DNA from: Thermoplasmata archaeon | GTDB taxonomy: Archaea > Thermoplasmatota > Thermoplasmata > Thermoplasmatales > Thermoplasmataceae | DNA length: 64,000 nt | Direction: 5' to 3' | Assembly (NCBI GenBank): GCA_015520045.1 | Contig: WAQW01000018.1 | Coordinates: 16,380 to 80,379 of the forward strand | Shown: one piece after another, positions 44,545 to 56,000 of the stretch | Layout of the letters: every line of letters begins with the position of its first letter | Position numbering within the stretch: the first letter of the stretch is position 1 | Position numbers and translations under genes: made by a program | The notes under the pieces: generated by a model | What the model was told of the DNA's origin: nothing | Databases searched by the model: none | What the model saw: the letters and a program-made list of their open reading frames with translations, nothing else

Positions 44545-45054
44545 TCAGTATCGATCTCTCCTGAGTTCTCTCCTTCTTATGACAATAGCGAGAATAACCA
44601 GAGCAATTCCCGATGGCAGAAGTGAAAATCCGATAAGAAACAGGGACAGAATCCCGTACTCCAGATGGCCCACAGTTATCTTCACTGATAGATTTGACAA
44701 CCCTTTGTTCATCACTTCCACGTGCCACTGCCCTGAAGCGGGCGATACGATCTCTTTCGTGACCGTATATGACGCTCCCGAAAGGTTAGAAAATGCCGTC
44801 GTTATGTTGCCGGGTCCAACGAGATAGGCACTCAGGCTCGCGTTACCGGAAAGAGGTGTTATGGAATAAAGAAGATCATCCCCCGCAGATACACTCCCAT
44901 TGAATGGTTTCTCGACATGGGAACCAGCGGCAATGATTGCAGTTGATGTCTGGGTGCCATTATAAAATGAATATACCGATATGGAGAATATAATAATCGA
45001 TGAAACAATCAACGTATAACCAATCCTCTGAATCAGCTTGATGTTTATATTCAT
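44545..45054 (-). CDS. hypothetical bitopic surface protein (N-terminal signal anchor, beta-rich ectodomain with sequons, C-terminal TM plus RRRELRRDR tail)
   Basis: 169-aa ORF. Its ATG overlaps the valS TGA (ATGA). No family recognised. Confidence 0.6.
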   Translation of the reverse strand: MNINIKLIQRIGYTLIVSSIIIFSISVYSFYNGTQTSTAIIAAGSHVEKPFNGSVSAGDDLLYSITPLSGNASLSAYLVGPGNITTAFSNLSGASYTVTKEIVSPASGQWHVEVMNKGLSNLSVKITVGHLEYGILSLFLIGFSLLPSGIALVILAIVIRRRELRRDRY

Positions 45055-47429
45055 CCTTTCTTCGTCTCCCCCTCGGCGATCAGTTTGATCCCCATCTCTT
45101 CAGAGTCATCAATGGCCACCACCTTTGTTCGGGTCATGTATTCAATCATACTTTTGTTGTCACTTATTGTGGAAAACACGCCATGCAATTCAACATCGAG
45201 GACCTCTGATGGTTTGTGCCCCATCTTATTCTTCTCAGACCTTATCATCTTTATAAGATTTATGATATAAGATATTTCCCTTTTTGGTTTTGAAAAGTTC
45301 GAAACCTCCGGAGGTTGCGGCCAATCTTCCAGATGAACACTTGATTTTTTGTGCTCCAGGGGCATCGTTTCGTACAGTTCCTCTGTTATGAATGGCATAA
45401 TCGGAGCATACATTTTTATAATGGCCAGGAGGGTCAGATAGGAGGATTGTAAAATATCATCCCTATCCGGATGGTTGATCTTAAATGCATATTTTGTCAG
45501 TTCCAGCTGAAAATCGCAGAAGGTGTTCCAGAAGAAATTATCAAGTTCGGATCTGGCCCTCGAGAATAGGTAGCTGTCCATATATCCTGTGACCTTCTCG
45601 ATCGTTTCTGAGAGGGCACCGATTATCCACTGACCGTATTTTGATCTCGGCGGCAAAAATGCACCTATCTTCTCCTCTCTGTTCCAGAGAAGGTTAAGAA
45701 GCCTGGCAGCATTATATAGTTTTATAACGGTCTTCCTACCCCTAACGAGCTCCTGCTCCTTAAACCTGATATCCTCCCATGGGAGGGATGAGCTTGCCCA
45801 GAACCTCAACGAATCTGCTCCATACCTCTCAATAACCTCCATCGGGCCCACTGTGTTCCCCCTGCTCTTGCTCATCTTTGCTCCGCTTGGATCAGCAACG
45901 ATGCCGCTGATCAGAATCTCATTCCACGGGATGTTCCCCTCATGAAGTAGCGATCTCAGAATTGTTGTGAATGCCCACGTGGTTATGATATCGTTGGCCT
46001 GACATCGAATATCCATCGGATATCTTCCGATGAGTGATTCCTCCATTGACAGGGATATCTTTGGAGACAAGGAAGATGTTGCCCAGGTGTCCATCACATC
46101 GTCCTCCGGCTCAACATTATGGGAGCCACACTTTGGACATGACTTGCTGGGTGATGTTCTTGGATCTACGGGTAGTTCTTCCGGAGAGGCGAAAATTGTC
46201 TCACCACAATCCTTACAGTACCACACGGGGAATGGAACACCATAATACCTCTGTCTGGAAATGCACCAATCCCATTTTAGGCCTTTCACCCAGTTATCGT
46301 ATCTGTACCGCATGAACTCAGGGACCCACCTTATCCTTGAACCATGCTCGAGAAGCTTTGGTATCAAATCAAGGACCTTGATGAACCACTCCCGCTCCAC
46401 ACTAATCTCAACAGGTGTATCGCATCTCTCGTGAACGTTGACAGAATGCTTGATTTTTTCTCGTTTTAGTATGAGATTGTTTCTTTCCAGCAGTTCAATG
46501 ATCCTTTCTCTTGCTTTTTGGATCGAGAGACCTTTTAACGGTCCATCATCGTCCATTGTGCCGTCCTCTGCTATTGTGATTCGCGTTTCGAGATTGTATT
46601 TCTTCCAGAGGTATACATCGTTCTGATCTCCGAACGTGCAGACCATCTCTGCCCCGGTTCCCAACTCCGTATCCACAACCAGATCGCTCATCACCGGTAC
46701 CCTGCGATCGTAGATGGGTACGGTTACCTCCTTTCCAATGAGGTCCCTGTACCTAACATCATCCGGGTTAACAAATACCGCAACGCATGAGCCGAGAAGT
46801 TCTGGTCTCGTGGTTGCGATGATAAGCTCTCCTCTGTCCAGAGTAAACTTGATGTGGATGAATTCAGAACTCAGAACCTTGTCTTTCATATCAATCTGAG
46901 AGATAGAGGTCTCGCAGGATGGGCAAATGATCGTTGGACCTGTAGCGCTGTAGGCATAGCCCCTCTGAACAAGTTCCAGGAAGGCTTCCTGCGATATTCG
47001 CACCGTATCGTCCGAGATGGTTCTGTAGTAGCTTGTGAAGTCACTGCTTATCCCCAGGCGTTTGAACAGAGAGATCATTTCTTCCTCAGCCCTCTGACTC
47101 TGCTCTCTGCAAAGCGCAATGAATTCTTTCAGCGGGGTATTCTTTCCGCGTTTGCCCGTAATCTTCTCTGTGTAGCGCTCCGTGGGCAGGCCATTGTCAT
47201 CGAACCCAAAACGATAGTAGACGTTATAACCCCTCATCCTTTTGTATCTCGCAATGAAGTCCTGGTGAGGGTATGAAAAGGCATGTCCCATATGAAGATT
47301 CCCAGAAATGGTGGGAGGAGGTACATCGATGGTGAACGGTTGTTTTCCAGAGGTTTTGAAGGCGTACAGCCCTGATGAATCCCACCGTTCCAGCCATTTC
47401 TTTTCCATTGAATGAATGTCGAGAACCAC
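45051..47429 (-). CDS. valS: valyl-tRNA synthetase
   Basis: 792-aa ORF, PPPTISGNLHMGH and KMSKSRGN class I motifs with a CP1 editing domain. The track start is GTG 47429. From TATA spacing, the ATG at 47408 (MEKKWLERW) is more likely. Confidence 0.9.
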   Translation of the reverse strand: MVLDIHSMEKKWLERWDSSGLYAFKTSGKQPFTIDVPPPTISGNLHMGHAFSYPHQDFIARYKRMRGYNVYYRFGFDDNGLPTERYTEKITGKRGKNTPLKEFIALCREQSQRAEEEMISLFKRLGISSDFTSYYRTISDDTVRISQEAFLELVQRGYAYSATGPTIICPSCETSISQIDMKDKVLSSEFIHIKFTLDRGELIIATTRPELLGSCVAVFVNPDDVRYRDLIGKEVTVPIYDRRVPVMSDLVVDTELGTGAEMVCTFGDQNDVYLWKKYNLETRITIAEDGTMDDDGPLKGLSIQKARERIIELLERNNLILKREKIKHSVNVHERCDTPVEISVEREWFIKVLDLIPKLLEHGSRIRWVPEFMRYRYDNWVKGLKWDWCISRQRYYGVPFPVWYCKDCGETIFASPEELPVDPRTSPSKSCPKCGSHNVEPEDDVMDTWATSSLSPKISLSMEESLIGRYPMDIRCQANDIITTWAFTTILRSLLHEGNIPWNEILISGIVADPSGAKMSKSRGNTVGPMEVIERYGADSLRFWASSSLPWEDIRFKEQELVRGRKTVIKLYNAARLLNLLWNREEKIGAFLPPRSKYGQWIIGALSETIEKVTGYMDSYLFSRARSELDNFFWNTFCDFQLELTKYAFKINHPDRDDILQSSYLTLLAIIKMYAPIMPFITEELYETMPLEHKKSSVHLEDWPQPPEVSNFSKPKREISYIINLIKMIRSEKNKMGHKPSEVLDVELHGVFSTISDNKSMIEYMTRTKVVAIDDSEEMGIKLIAEGETKKG

Positions 47430-47643
47430 GCTACGCTATATCGCATATAGTAAAATATTTTATGGGTTAACCTTGGGAGTCCTGTGATTCATTACTGGTT
47501 GATCAGAACGGATATTGTATCTATATTTCTTTCACATCGATTGTTTCAGTAGAGGAAAAGTTCGCTCATCATCTTTTTATAATACTGCTGGGAAACATAA
47601 CTGCAGAAATACTGTTAAGCTTCAGTCTATCCCCTCAGCACTC

Positions 47644-47654
47644 AAAAAATAAAA
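47644..47654 (-). terminator. oligo-T tracts (T4, T6 on the minus strand)
   Basis: Located 63-73 nt downstream of the stop at 47717 of the membrane-protein gene. Confidence 0.4.
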
Positions 47655-47716
47655 TCATAAATTTATCCCGGGAATGGTTCCCAGGAGTAAATGCTCAGGC
47701 CCAACAATGAAAAGTT

Positions 47717-48274
47717 CTAGGGTGGGCTTGCAAGATGTCCGTTGAAAGCGCCGTATCCGATAAACAGAGCAAATATAGTGCCTATCAGGAAGATTATCCA
47801 CATTGCGTAGTAGAAAATCTTTATACCAGATGTTCTGGGTTTGAGATAGAGAACCGGAACCAGAATAGCTCCGATGCCATCAAACAGGTAGAGTCCCATT
47901 GAGGTTACCAGATGCTCGCCAGTTTCCAACTTCAGAGCAACTATGCTGTATGCACCAACGAGCACGTAGATTCCGAGCAAAAGAACTATCAGTGGAATCA
48001 ATCCCAAGTCTCTATCTTTATATATCATCGACCCAGATATTATCAGTATCAAACCGAAAAACAGTAGTGGATCTCCGAAAAGCATATTGTAAGCGTACGC
48101 CCGGGGAGCGTTCATGGGCCAAGCGAATGACATGAAGAATCCGCTTATGAAATTGAATACCCCGATGCCTATGGCCGGCATTGCAAGGTTTTTCACCTGC
48201 TCCTTGTCTCCTCTTGCACTAAAGAAGAAATAGAAGCCACCAAGAAGTGTTCCCATCGCTAAGCCTATAAGCAT
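47717..48274 (-). CDS. polytopic membrane protein (tentatively DUF981-like)
   Basis: 185-aa ORF with about six hydrophobic helices. The family assignment is tentative. Confidence 0.6.
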   Translation of the reverse strand: MLIGLAMGTLLGGFYFFFSARGDKEQVKNLAMPAIGIGVFNFISGFFMSFAWPMNAPRAYAYNMLFGDPLLFFGLILIISGSMIYKDRDLGLIPLIVLLLGIYVLVGAYSIVALKLETGEHLVTSMGLYLFDGIGAILVPVLYLKPRTSGIKIFYYAMWIIFLIGTIFALFIGYGAFNGHLASPP

Positions 48275-48599
48275 GATTGCCAGGGGATCTATGAATACTA
48301 TTTTATCACCTCCATTTATTTAATTCAATAGGATATGAAAGCCTGTACCCTCATGTTTAATGCTTTCATGCATCATACCGATCATGTGAGATAACCGCAT
48401 TGCTATGAAAGAAGTTAAAGACTGGTTATCTGGTTGTTAAAAGATTTCCGATCATAGAATTTAAAGTCTGGATCTTATTGCGTTACTCCAGAATTCTATC
48501 CTGCTATGGAGGAAAAGATCCCAAAGTCATGTGCGGACTATGGCATACAAACGAAATAGAGCGCTCATTTCACAGAAAAGGTGTGTTTGCTGGGAAAAT

Positions 48600-49109
48600 T
48601 CATCCTGCCGTGGTTCGATCATCGGATCCGTGAAGAAAGGCGAGAGCGAAGCTCAGAAACATAAGAGGTAGCATAACAAAGTACTCAAGATCATTCCATA
48701 TGTATCCATAAATTACGAGTGATAGTGATCCGGAATAATACATTGTAAAAGAGTAAACGCAAATAGCATCGAAGACCAGATAGAGAGATGTGGTTGCAAT
48801 GTAGTATCTTTTTCCCACCACAGGCCTGTTTCTTATGATCCTTCCGAGGAGATGCGCTCCTGCAAGCCCCAGAAACAATCCGGATAGATCATCGATCAAT
48901 CCAACAAAATACCAGGAGAATCCTGAAGAGTGGAATGTGACAAACAGCAGCGGTAGGTTGACACTCCTGAAGATGCCATAGTCCTTTACCCACGCCCCCT
49001 GAGCGTTGAGCCAGCCACCGAAGGCAATCATAAGAGGAATTACTACGGGAAAATAACGTGAATTTGATATATTTCTAAAGATCTTTCCGCGGGAAAAACT
49101 CACCATCAA
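48600..49109 (-). CDS. hypothetical polytopic membrane protein
   Basis: 169-aa ORF with 4-5 hydrophobic segments. No family recognised. Confidence 0.55.
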   Translation of the reverse strand: MMVSFSRGKIFRNISNSRYFPVVIPLMIAFGGWLNAQGAWVKDYGIFRSVNLPLLFVTFHSSGFSWYFVGLIDDLSGLFLGLAGAHLLGRIIRNRPVVGKRYYIATTSLYLVFDAICVYSFTMYYSGSLSLVIYGYIWNDLEYFVMLPLMFLSFALAFLHGSDDRTTAG

Positions 49110-49253
49110 AGAGTTTTTTATCCTTTATATTTTTTCTCTCCTGGCTCACGGGACATGGCTCAGGGATCGGTATCTCTACGCTCCAATCAAGCATCCTTAC
49201 ACAGACTGGCTTGAATGAAAATGTAGAATAAGGATGTGAGAATATATGTTTAG

Positions 49254-49703
49254 ATGGAAGCAAAGTCTGTCCTCAATGAACTCATACAAATGGAGAAAAA
49301 TATATCGAAAGAGTACAAGCAAATGGCAGAAAAAACATCCCTTCAGAACATAAAGTTTTTTCTTGAGGCATTTTCAGAAGCACATGAGGGTTTCGCCGAT
49401 AGATTGAGGGAAATACGAGATGGAGTCTCTCCGAGGCTCAGGAAACCTTTCAGCGAGTTACCAGATATAAAGGCAACAGATCATCTTGTTCTGCGAGGAG
49501 ATCCGGATCTCTCAAGCATGTCCAGCACTCTGATGTTTATAGTTAGAAAAGAAAAAGAAACGTTCGCTCACTACTCACGTTCGCGGGAAAGTATCGATGA
49601 CGAAGATCTCAGGCAAAGCTTTGATGAACTTTTATCACAAAGAGAGCAGTTGAAGATAAAGGCAGACAGGCTATACAACGATCTCATACAGTCCTCTTAC
49701 TGA
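49254..49703 (+). CDS. hypothetical helical protein (degenerate ferritin/rubrerythrin-like?)
   Basis: 149-aa ORF with heptad-like helical composition. No intact ExxH metal motifs seen. Its stop lies 3 nt before the dtdA start. Confidence 0.45.
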   Translation: MEAKSVLNELIQMEKNISKEYKQMAEKTSLQNIKFFLEAFSEAHEGFADRLREIRDGVSPRLRKPFSELPDIKATDHLVLRGDPDLSSMSSTLMFIVRKEKETFAHYSRSRESIDDEDLRQSFDELLSQREQLKIKADRLYNDLIQSSY

Positions 49704-49706
49704 AAG

Positions 49707-50516
49707 GTGGTGCCTACCGTGTCGAGAATAATCGTAGCCAGCCTTCAAGATCCGGCCAGTGTTTCCATAGCCAGCTATCTGATTGAGCACTATTCCTTCA
49801 GAAAAATCAATGATGAGAATAACATCTACAGACATGATAATTTCATTCTGATCTTCACAGAAAAGAAACATCTGTTCTTCCAGGAGATCCAGGAAGAATA
49901 CAGGAAATTCACCAACCATCTCGAAGATATCGTGTTCTTATCGAAACACTCCTCTTCAAGGGGAATAAAATCGCTAACGGTGCATGTTACCGGTAACTTC
50001 GGATTGGCGGAAATGGGTGGTCTGGATCGCCAGCTATCACTGAGCGATCCGCAATACATGTCTTCTTCGCTCAGGATCCTCTCTTCCCACCCTGTGGATG
50101 ATTTCTCCATAACCTTCGAGGCAACTCACCATGGTCCACTTTTGAACGTACCCAGCTACTTCATAGAGATCGGGACCACGGAGAAAGAGTGGAACAACGA
50201 GGATTGCCTCAACTCCATTTCAAAGGCCGTGATTGAATCGATTCCCAACGGATCTCAACAGGCATTCGTGGGTATTGGTGGTGGACACTATCCCTACAAG
50301 ATAAGCAATTACGCCATTCAAAACGATTGCAACGTGGGCCACATAATACCAAAGTATGTCCATGATGACCTAACCATCGATATGCTTCTGCAGAGCGTTG
50401 AAAAAACGCCTGGGTTTTCGGGCTTCATAATGGATCGAAAAGGTACCAGGGGAAGGGTGAAGGAGATGGTGAGGAGCGTATCCGAAAAATTATCCTGTGA
50501 AATCATCTCTCTGTAA
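49707..50516 (+). CDS. dtdA: D-aminoacyl-tRNA deacylase, archaeal type (DtdA)
   Basis: 269-aa ORF with a GTG start, SKHSS..GIKSLTVHVTGNF, FEATHHGP, IEIGTTEKEW, GIGGGHY. Confidence 0.8.
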   Translation: MVPTVSRIIVASLQDPASVSIASYLIEHYSFRKINDENNIYRHDNFILIFTEKKHLFFQEIQEEYRKFTNHLEDIVFLSKHSSSRGIKSLTVHVTGNFGLAEMGGLDRQLSLSDPQYMSSSLRILSSHPVDDFSITFEATHHGPLLNVPSYFIEIGTTEKEWNNEDCLNSISKAVIESIPNGSQQAFVGIGGGHYPYKISNYAIQNDCNVGHIIPKYVHDDLTIDMLLQSVEKTPGFSGFIMDRKGTRGRVKEMVRSVSEKLSCEIISL

Positions 50517-50594
50517 TATTTGAATTCCGATCCCTTTCTTGCCGGACATCTCCACTTTTCTCCTGAACCCTCTATCAGTTTCGAACAAACCAAT

Positions 50595-51104
50595 TCAATA
50601 GAATAGTTTTATTTTTTCCGTAATACAATCCTGATCATAACAACTGGAATATTCACAAAGGGGTTCTCTGTTAACCGTTATAAAATTTATGCCCCAGCTA
50701 AATTTTCCAAGGATGAGTTCAGAGAGATCCTTAAAACCAGTGAGGTAGAGAGCCGCCGCAACAGCTTCAACGGAGCTGAGAAGACCTACCTTTCCATAGT
50801 TAACAGGATTGACCGGTACAAGAGGGGGGAGTTTACGAGCATTGCCTGACATTATCTTTTTCAGGGAATCCGCCCTGTTCCAGGAGCCCTCTATGACCGT
50901 AAGCCCCCCTCCTGTGATGATTTTTGAGTCTCTGGCTGTCACATAAATATCTGCGAAAGGGTTGAGCAGCAGTCCCCTCTGAATCCTGGAACGAGGAACT
51001 TTCTCAGCAAGATTGAACCTCTTAAGCCTCTTCATTGTGGCTTTTTTCGGATCATCCTGCTTCAGGTCTATAAAGTATATCCCGATTCTCCCCTTACCTT
51101 CCAT
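50595..51104 (-). CDS. tsr3: 16S rRNA aminocarboxypropyltransferase Tsr3
   Basis: 169-aa ORF, DLKQDDPKKATMKRL, VIEGSWN, LSSVEAVAAALYLTG. Confidence 0.8.
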   Translation of the reverse strand: MEGKGRIGIYFIDLKQDDPKKATMKRLKRFNLAEKVPRSRIQRGLLLNPFADIYVTARDSKIITGGGLTVIEGSWNRADSLKKIMSGNARKLPPLVPVNPVNYGKVGLLSSVEAVAAALYLTGFKDLSELILGKFSWGINFITVNREPLCEYSSCYDQDCITEKIKLFY

Positions 51105-51148
51105 TTTCTCACTCGTAAATTTAATTAATGGATTATAGCTTATCCATA
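51105..51148. promoter_or_regulatory. compact divergent promoter region (TAAATTTAATTAA, GCTATAAT) shared by tsr3 and pyrG
   Basis: Only 44 nt separate the two start codons, and the spacer is A/T-rich with a palindromic TTAATTAA core. That core is centred 27 nt upstream of the ATG at 51149. Confidence 0.4.
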
Positions 51149-52753
51149 ATGCATTATCTGTTCATAGCAGGCGGAGTTATGTCTGGTCTCGGCAAGGGGA
51201 CCATTACCTCGGCTTTATCTCATTTGCTGAAAAACAGTGGGCTGAAGGTTTCCGCGTTAAAGATTGATCCCTACCTCAATTACGATGCGGGAACAATGAA
51301 TCCCTATCAGCACGGTGAAGTGTTTGTCCTCGATGATGGCAGTGAGGTTGATCTGGATCTTGGAAACTATGAGAGATTCCTTGATACCGATCTTGTGGGT
51401 GACAACAACATTACAACAGGGAAAGTGTACAGAGAGGTCATCGAGAGGGAGAGAAGGGGAGAGTATCTTGGAAGCACCGTGCAGATTATCCCACACATAA
51501 CTGACGAGATAAAAAACAGGATAAGAAAGGTGGCTGAATCTAGCGATCTCGATATTCTCCTTGTTGAAGTTGGCGGTACGGTTGGAGATATAGAATCGAT
51601 GCCCTTTCTTGAAGCTATCAGAGAGCTGAAGGGCGAAGAACCTCCTGGTTCTGTCCTGACCGCTCTTGTGACCCTGATTCCAGAGATTGGGCAGAACGGT
51701 GAGCAGAAAACGAAACCGACCCAGCACAGCGTCAATACGCTGAGGAGCCTCGGTATCCAGCCGGATATCATATTCTGCAGATTGAAGGGACAGCTCCTCA
51801 ATTCAACGCGCAAAAAGATATCACGATTCACAGATGTGAGGGAAGATGGAATAATAGGGATCCGTGATATGAAGAATGTCTACGGCCTACCAAAGGTCAT
51901 GAATGATCAGAAAATCACCCAGTATCTCACCGGGTTGATGCATTTACAAACAGATCCTTTCAGAGATATACTCCAGCAATTCAATGCAAACATAGAGAAC
52001 CCGAGAGAACACGTTAGAATAGCCCTCGTTGGAAAATACACCGCACTGCAGGACGCATACATCAGCCATCGCGAGGCTTTTCTCCATGTAACAGGAAATA
52101 CCGGCATCGGTGTGTCCATAGAATGGATCGATGCTGACGAGATGATAGAACGGCCCGAGGCATTCAACAAGGTTCACGGTGTTATCATCCCTGGCGGATT
52201 CGGCTACAGGGGCGTGGAGGGCAAAATTGCAGCCATAAAGTATGCCCGGGAGAATAATATTCCTCTGGCAGGCATATGCCTTGGATTCCAGGCTGCCACC
52301 ATTGAATTCGCGAGAAATGTTCTCGGTCTTAAGGGTGCCAACAGTAGTGAATTCGACACAAACACCCCACATCCGGTCATAGATCTCCTGCCGGAGCAGA
52401 TGCACGTAACGGATCTTGGAGGAACCATGAGGCTTGGTTCCAAGAAGATCCTGATAAAAAAGGGAACGCTGGCGTATCACGTTTACGGAAAATCAGTTAT
52501 AGAAGAAAGGCATCGCCACAGGTATGAGGTAAATCCTGATTACATAGAGAAGTTCTCCAAGGCAGGATATATATTTTCTGGCACCGATCAGGAGGGAATC
52601 AGGATGGAGATATCCGAGCTGCGGGGTAGAGACAATTTTCTGGCAACGCAGTACCATAGTGAATTCAGATCAAGACCTCTCAGACCTTCTCCCATTCACC
52701 TGTTCTTGGTAAAGAAAGCGCTGGAGTACAAGATGAAGAGGGAAAGATCATGA
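51149..52753 (+). CDS. pyrG: CTP synthase
   Basis: Track ORF 51128..52753. The start at 51149 ([17 protein letters not shown]) is preferred from promoter spacing. C-terminal GATase with GICLGFQ. Confidence 0.9.
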   Translation: MHYLFIAGGVMSGLGKGTITSALSHLLKNSGLKVSALKIDPYLNYDAGTMNPYQHGEVFVLDDGSEVDLDLGNYERFLDTDLVGDNNITTGKVYREVIERERRGEYLGSTVQIIPHITDEIKNRIRKVAESSDLDILLVEVGGTVGDIESMPFLEAIRELKGEEPPGSVLTALVTLIPEIGQNGEQKTKPTQHSVNTLRSLGIQPDIIFCRLKGQLLNSTRKKISRFTDVREDGIIGIRDMKNVYGLPKVMNDQKITQYLTGLMHLQTDPFRDILQQFNANIENPREHVRIALVGKYTALQDAYISHREAFLHVTGNTGIGVSIEWIDADEMIERPEAFNKVHGVIIPGGFGYRGVEGKIAAIKYARENNIPLAGICLGFQAATIEFARNVLGLKGANSSEFDTNTPHPVIDLLPEQMHVTDLGGTMRLGSKKILIKKGTLAYHVYGKSVIEERHRHRYEVNPDYIEKFSKAGYIFSGTDQEGIRMEISELRGRDNFLATQYHSEFRSRPLRPSPIHLFLVKKALEYKMKRERS

Positions 52754-53079
52754 AGGAAATACTGGAAGAGCTTAGAAAGAAGGTTAATGAAAGGGTCAGC
52801 ACCAATGAGAAATACAGGAAGAAACTGGAGAAAGCCCAGAAATCATTCTGCATCGTTTTCGATGGTTCAGCTTCCTACAACTTCTCTCTCAGAGATGGAA
52901 AATTTTCTGAGATAAGAGAGGGTGAGACTGAAGCCGACATAAGGATTGAGGTATCATCAGAGGACTTCAGAAAGCTTCTCTCCAGAGAGCTGGATCCGAT
53001 GACAGCCTACATAGAGAAGAAAATAAAGGTTAGGGCTTCGTTGATGGACAAACTCCTGTTAACCGAGTTATTCAAATGA
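52750..53079 (+). CDS. SCP2 (sterol-carrier-protein-2-like) domain protein
   Basis: 109-aa [45 protein letters not shown] matches the SCP2 C-terminal pattern. ATGA overlaps on both sides. Confidence 0.65.
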   Translation: MKEILEELRKKVNERVSTNEKYRKKLEKAQKSFCIVFDGSASYNFSLRDGKFSEIREGETEADIRIEVSSEDFRKLLSRELDPMTAYIEKKIKVRASLMDKLLLTELFK

Positions 53080-56000
53080 ATCCAGATGAGCAGTTGCAGG
53101 AATATAGGGAGAACCTTCGAAGACACGTGAAGGACATTTACGGTCTGGCTGAGAAGATCAGAAAACTGAAACAGGATGTTACAGACAGAGTGGAGATTCC
53201 ACTGGCCTCCGATATGGCTGAGCGTGTGGAGGAACTCATCCAGATCAAGGGAATAGCCGATGATATCAGAAAACTCTCCGCCCATAAATCCAGAGAGGAA
53301 GTTGCAATCCACGTTGCGAGAAAAACCGCAGAGCTGGTACGTGACAGAGGCAAAAAGGAGGCGCTGAGCAAATCCGTAAGGGTCGGTCTCGCCATTCTCA
53401 CAGAAGGGATCCTTGTCGCACCCCTCGAAGGTATTGCAGATGTTGATATTCGAAAAAACAGAGATGGTAGTGAGTATGCTTCCATCGTATACTCTGGTCC
53501 CATCCGAGGTGCCGGTGGCACTGCCCAGGCACTAAGCGTTCTGATTGCGGACATAGTGAGAAGAGATCTCGGAATAGGGTCATTCAGGGCCAGAGATGAT
53601 GAGGTGGATAGATACATAGAGGAGATTGAGGCATACAACCGGGTGAAGCACCTTCAGTATCTTCCCACTCCGGATGAGATCGCCCTTGTGGTCCGCAATT
53701 CACCAATTCTCATTGATGGCGAGGGGAGTGAGGAGGTGGAGGTGTCCGGGCACCGTGATATGGAGAGGATAACCACCAACCGGATAAGAGGGGGGATGTG
53801 TCTCGTTCTCTGCGAAGGGTTGATTCAGAAATCCCGTAAGATCCTCAAGTACACCTCCGTCTTTGGAGTGAAAGACTGGAATTTCCTGGAAAAGATTCAG
53901 GGAAAAAAGACCGATGAACACAGTGATCAGGGCAAATCAGAAAAGTTTCTCAAGGATATCATCGCAGGAAGACCCATTTTCAGCCATCCGGGCAGGCCAG
54001 GTGGTTTCAGGCTCAGATACGGTAGGAGTAGGGTATCGGGTCTTGCAGCTGCGTCCGTTCATCCTGCAACAATGTACATCCTTGATAGATTCCCTGCGAT
54101 TGGTTCTCAGCTCAAGGTTGAACTGCCCGGAAAGGCTGCAGCTCTCACCCCTTGCGATGAGATTGAGGGGCCGATGGTACTCCTTGATGATGATACGCAC
54201 ATCAGAATCAACACCGTCGAGGAGGCAAAGGCTGTCCAATCGCGCATAAAGGAGATTACCGACATCGGAGAGATTCTCATTTCATACGGTGATTTTCTGG
54301 AAAACAACCACAGACTGGAAAAACCATCCTTCTCAAGGGAGTGGTGGGATGCCATTGCAGAGAAAACGCCCGAAACGAAGATGTATGCTGGCACTGTTCC
54401 CTCAGAAGAGGAGGCCATTCAACTTTCCAGGAAGTACGGAATTCCGCTTCATCCTGAGTACAATCTCTTCTGGCATGATATATCACGTGACGAATTTTTC
54501 ACACTCAGGAATGCTCTCTCTGCCTCCCCACTTCACGACGGCTCTCTGAGAATTCAAAACGACGATAGAACCAAAAACATTCTCATCAAGCTCGGCGTTG
54601 AGTTTACCGTCAACGATGATTCCATAATACCAAAAAAATCCAGAGTTCTTCTTGCGTGCGCCGGTCTAGATCAGCAAAAGAACCTGCTTCCGGCTGAGAA
54701 ATCAAACGGCGGAGATGTTGTTGATCTGGTGAGGGAAATATCTGGTATGGTCATTAAGGCAAAGTCTCCCACGAGAATTGGCGCCAGAATGGGAAGACCG
54801 GAGAAGGCGGGAGAGAGGAAGATGAGGCCAAAGGTCCACGTTCTCTTTCCACTGGAAAACTACGGGAGTGTTAGGCGATCATTCAAAAATGCCAGGAAAA
54901 CCGTAGGTGGGAAAATAGAGGTGGAGATCGCCCAACGCAAGTGTGAATCGTGTGGTGCGGTAACTGTCCAACCACTATGCCATCTCTGTGGTGGTGTAAC
55001 CCGAGATATGAATCACACTGATAGAATTACTCTCAATATAGATAATCTCCTCCGTCAGGCAGAAGAGAGAATAGGCATCAGCTTGAGCAGCTTGAAGGAA
55101 GAGATGAAGGGCGTGAAGAAGCTCATGTCCAGCCGAAAGGTGTGCGAGCCCGTTGAGAAAGGCATCCTCAGGGCAAAGCACGATGTCACCATCAACAAGG
55201 ATGGGACCTGCAGGTTTGATATGACAGACATACCCATAACACATTTTAGAGCGGAAGAAATAGGAGCTCGTCCCGAGATCCTTGAATCCCTTGGTTATCA
55301 CGAAGGTCTGAACGAGATCTTTCCACAGGATATCATAATACCAAGGAAAGCTGCAGAATTCCTGCTTCGTGTTTCACAGTATATTGATGATCTCCTGGTC
55401 AAGTACTACCACGTGGAGCCATTCTACAACTGCTCAGAACCAGAAGATCTAATAGGTCATCTCGTTATAGGTTTAGCTCCTCATACGTCCGGAGGAATCA
55501 TAGGAAGAATCGTTGGATTCACCGATGCCAATGGATGCTACGCCCATCCACTATTCCACGCAGCAAAAAGGAGGAACTGCGACGGTGATGAGGATAGTGT
55601 AATGCTTCTCCTTGATGGACTGATAAATTTCTCCCGCGAGTATCTGCCCTCAACAAGGGGTGGAATGATGGATGCTCCTCTGGTTCTCACGACCCTTCTA
55701 AATCCTGATGAGGTGGACAAGGAAGCGATGAATGTTGACACCCTGAGCAGATATCCACTTGAGTTTTATAATGCAGCAGAGAAAAACGTCCTGCCCTCCA
55801 CCATAGAAGATATTATGATGCCACTGAAGAAGCACATAACAAAAACTGGAACCCTCATGAAGCTGGGTTACACTCACGACACAAGCAACATTAATGCCGG
55901 TGTTCTCATCTCATCCTACAAAACCATAGGAAGCATGGAGGAAAAAATCGAGCGTCAGCTCTCTCTCGCCAAGAGGATCGCCGCTGTGGATGCTGACGAT

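Noticed and set aside
47503-47572. Possible C/D box sRNA on the minus strand upstream of valS: AUGAUGA (47572-66), CUGA (47549-46), a C-prime-like GAUGUGA, and a terminal CUGA (47506-03).
   Set aside because: Box spacings are 16 and 25 nt instead of the roughly 12 nt typical of archaeal dual-guide sRNAs. The C-prime box is degenerate and there is no terminal stem. The only nearby TATA-like element abuts the C box, so an independent transcript is not supported. It would need RNA-seq before being believed.
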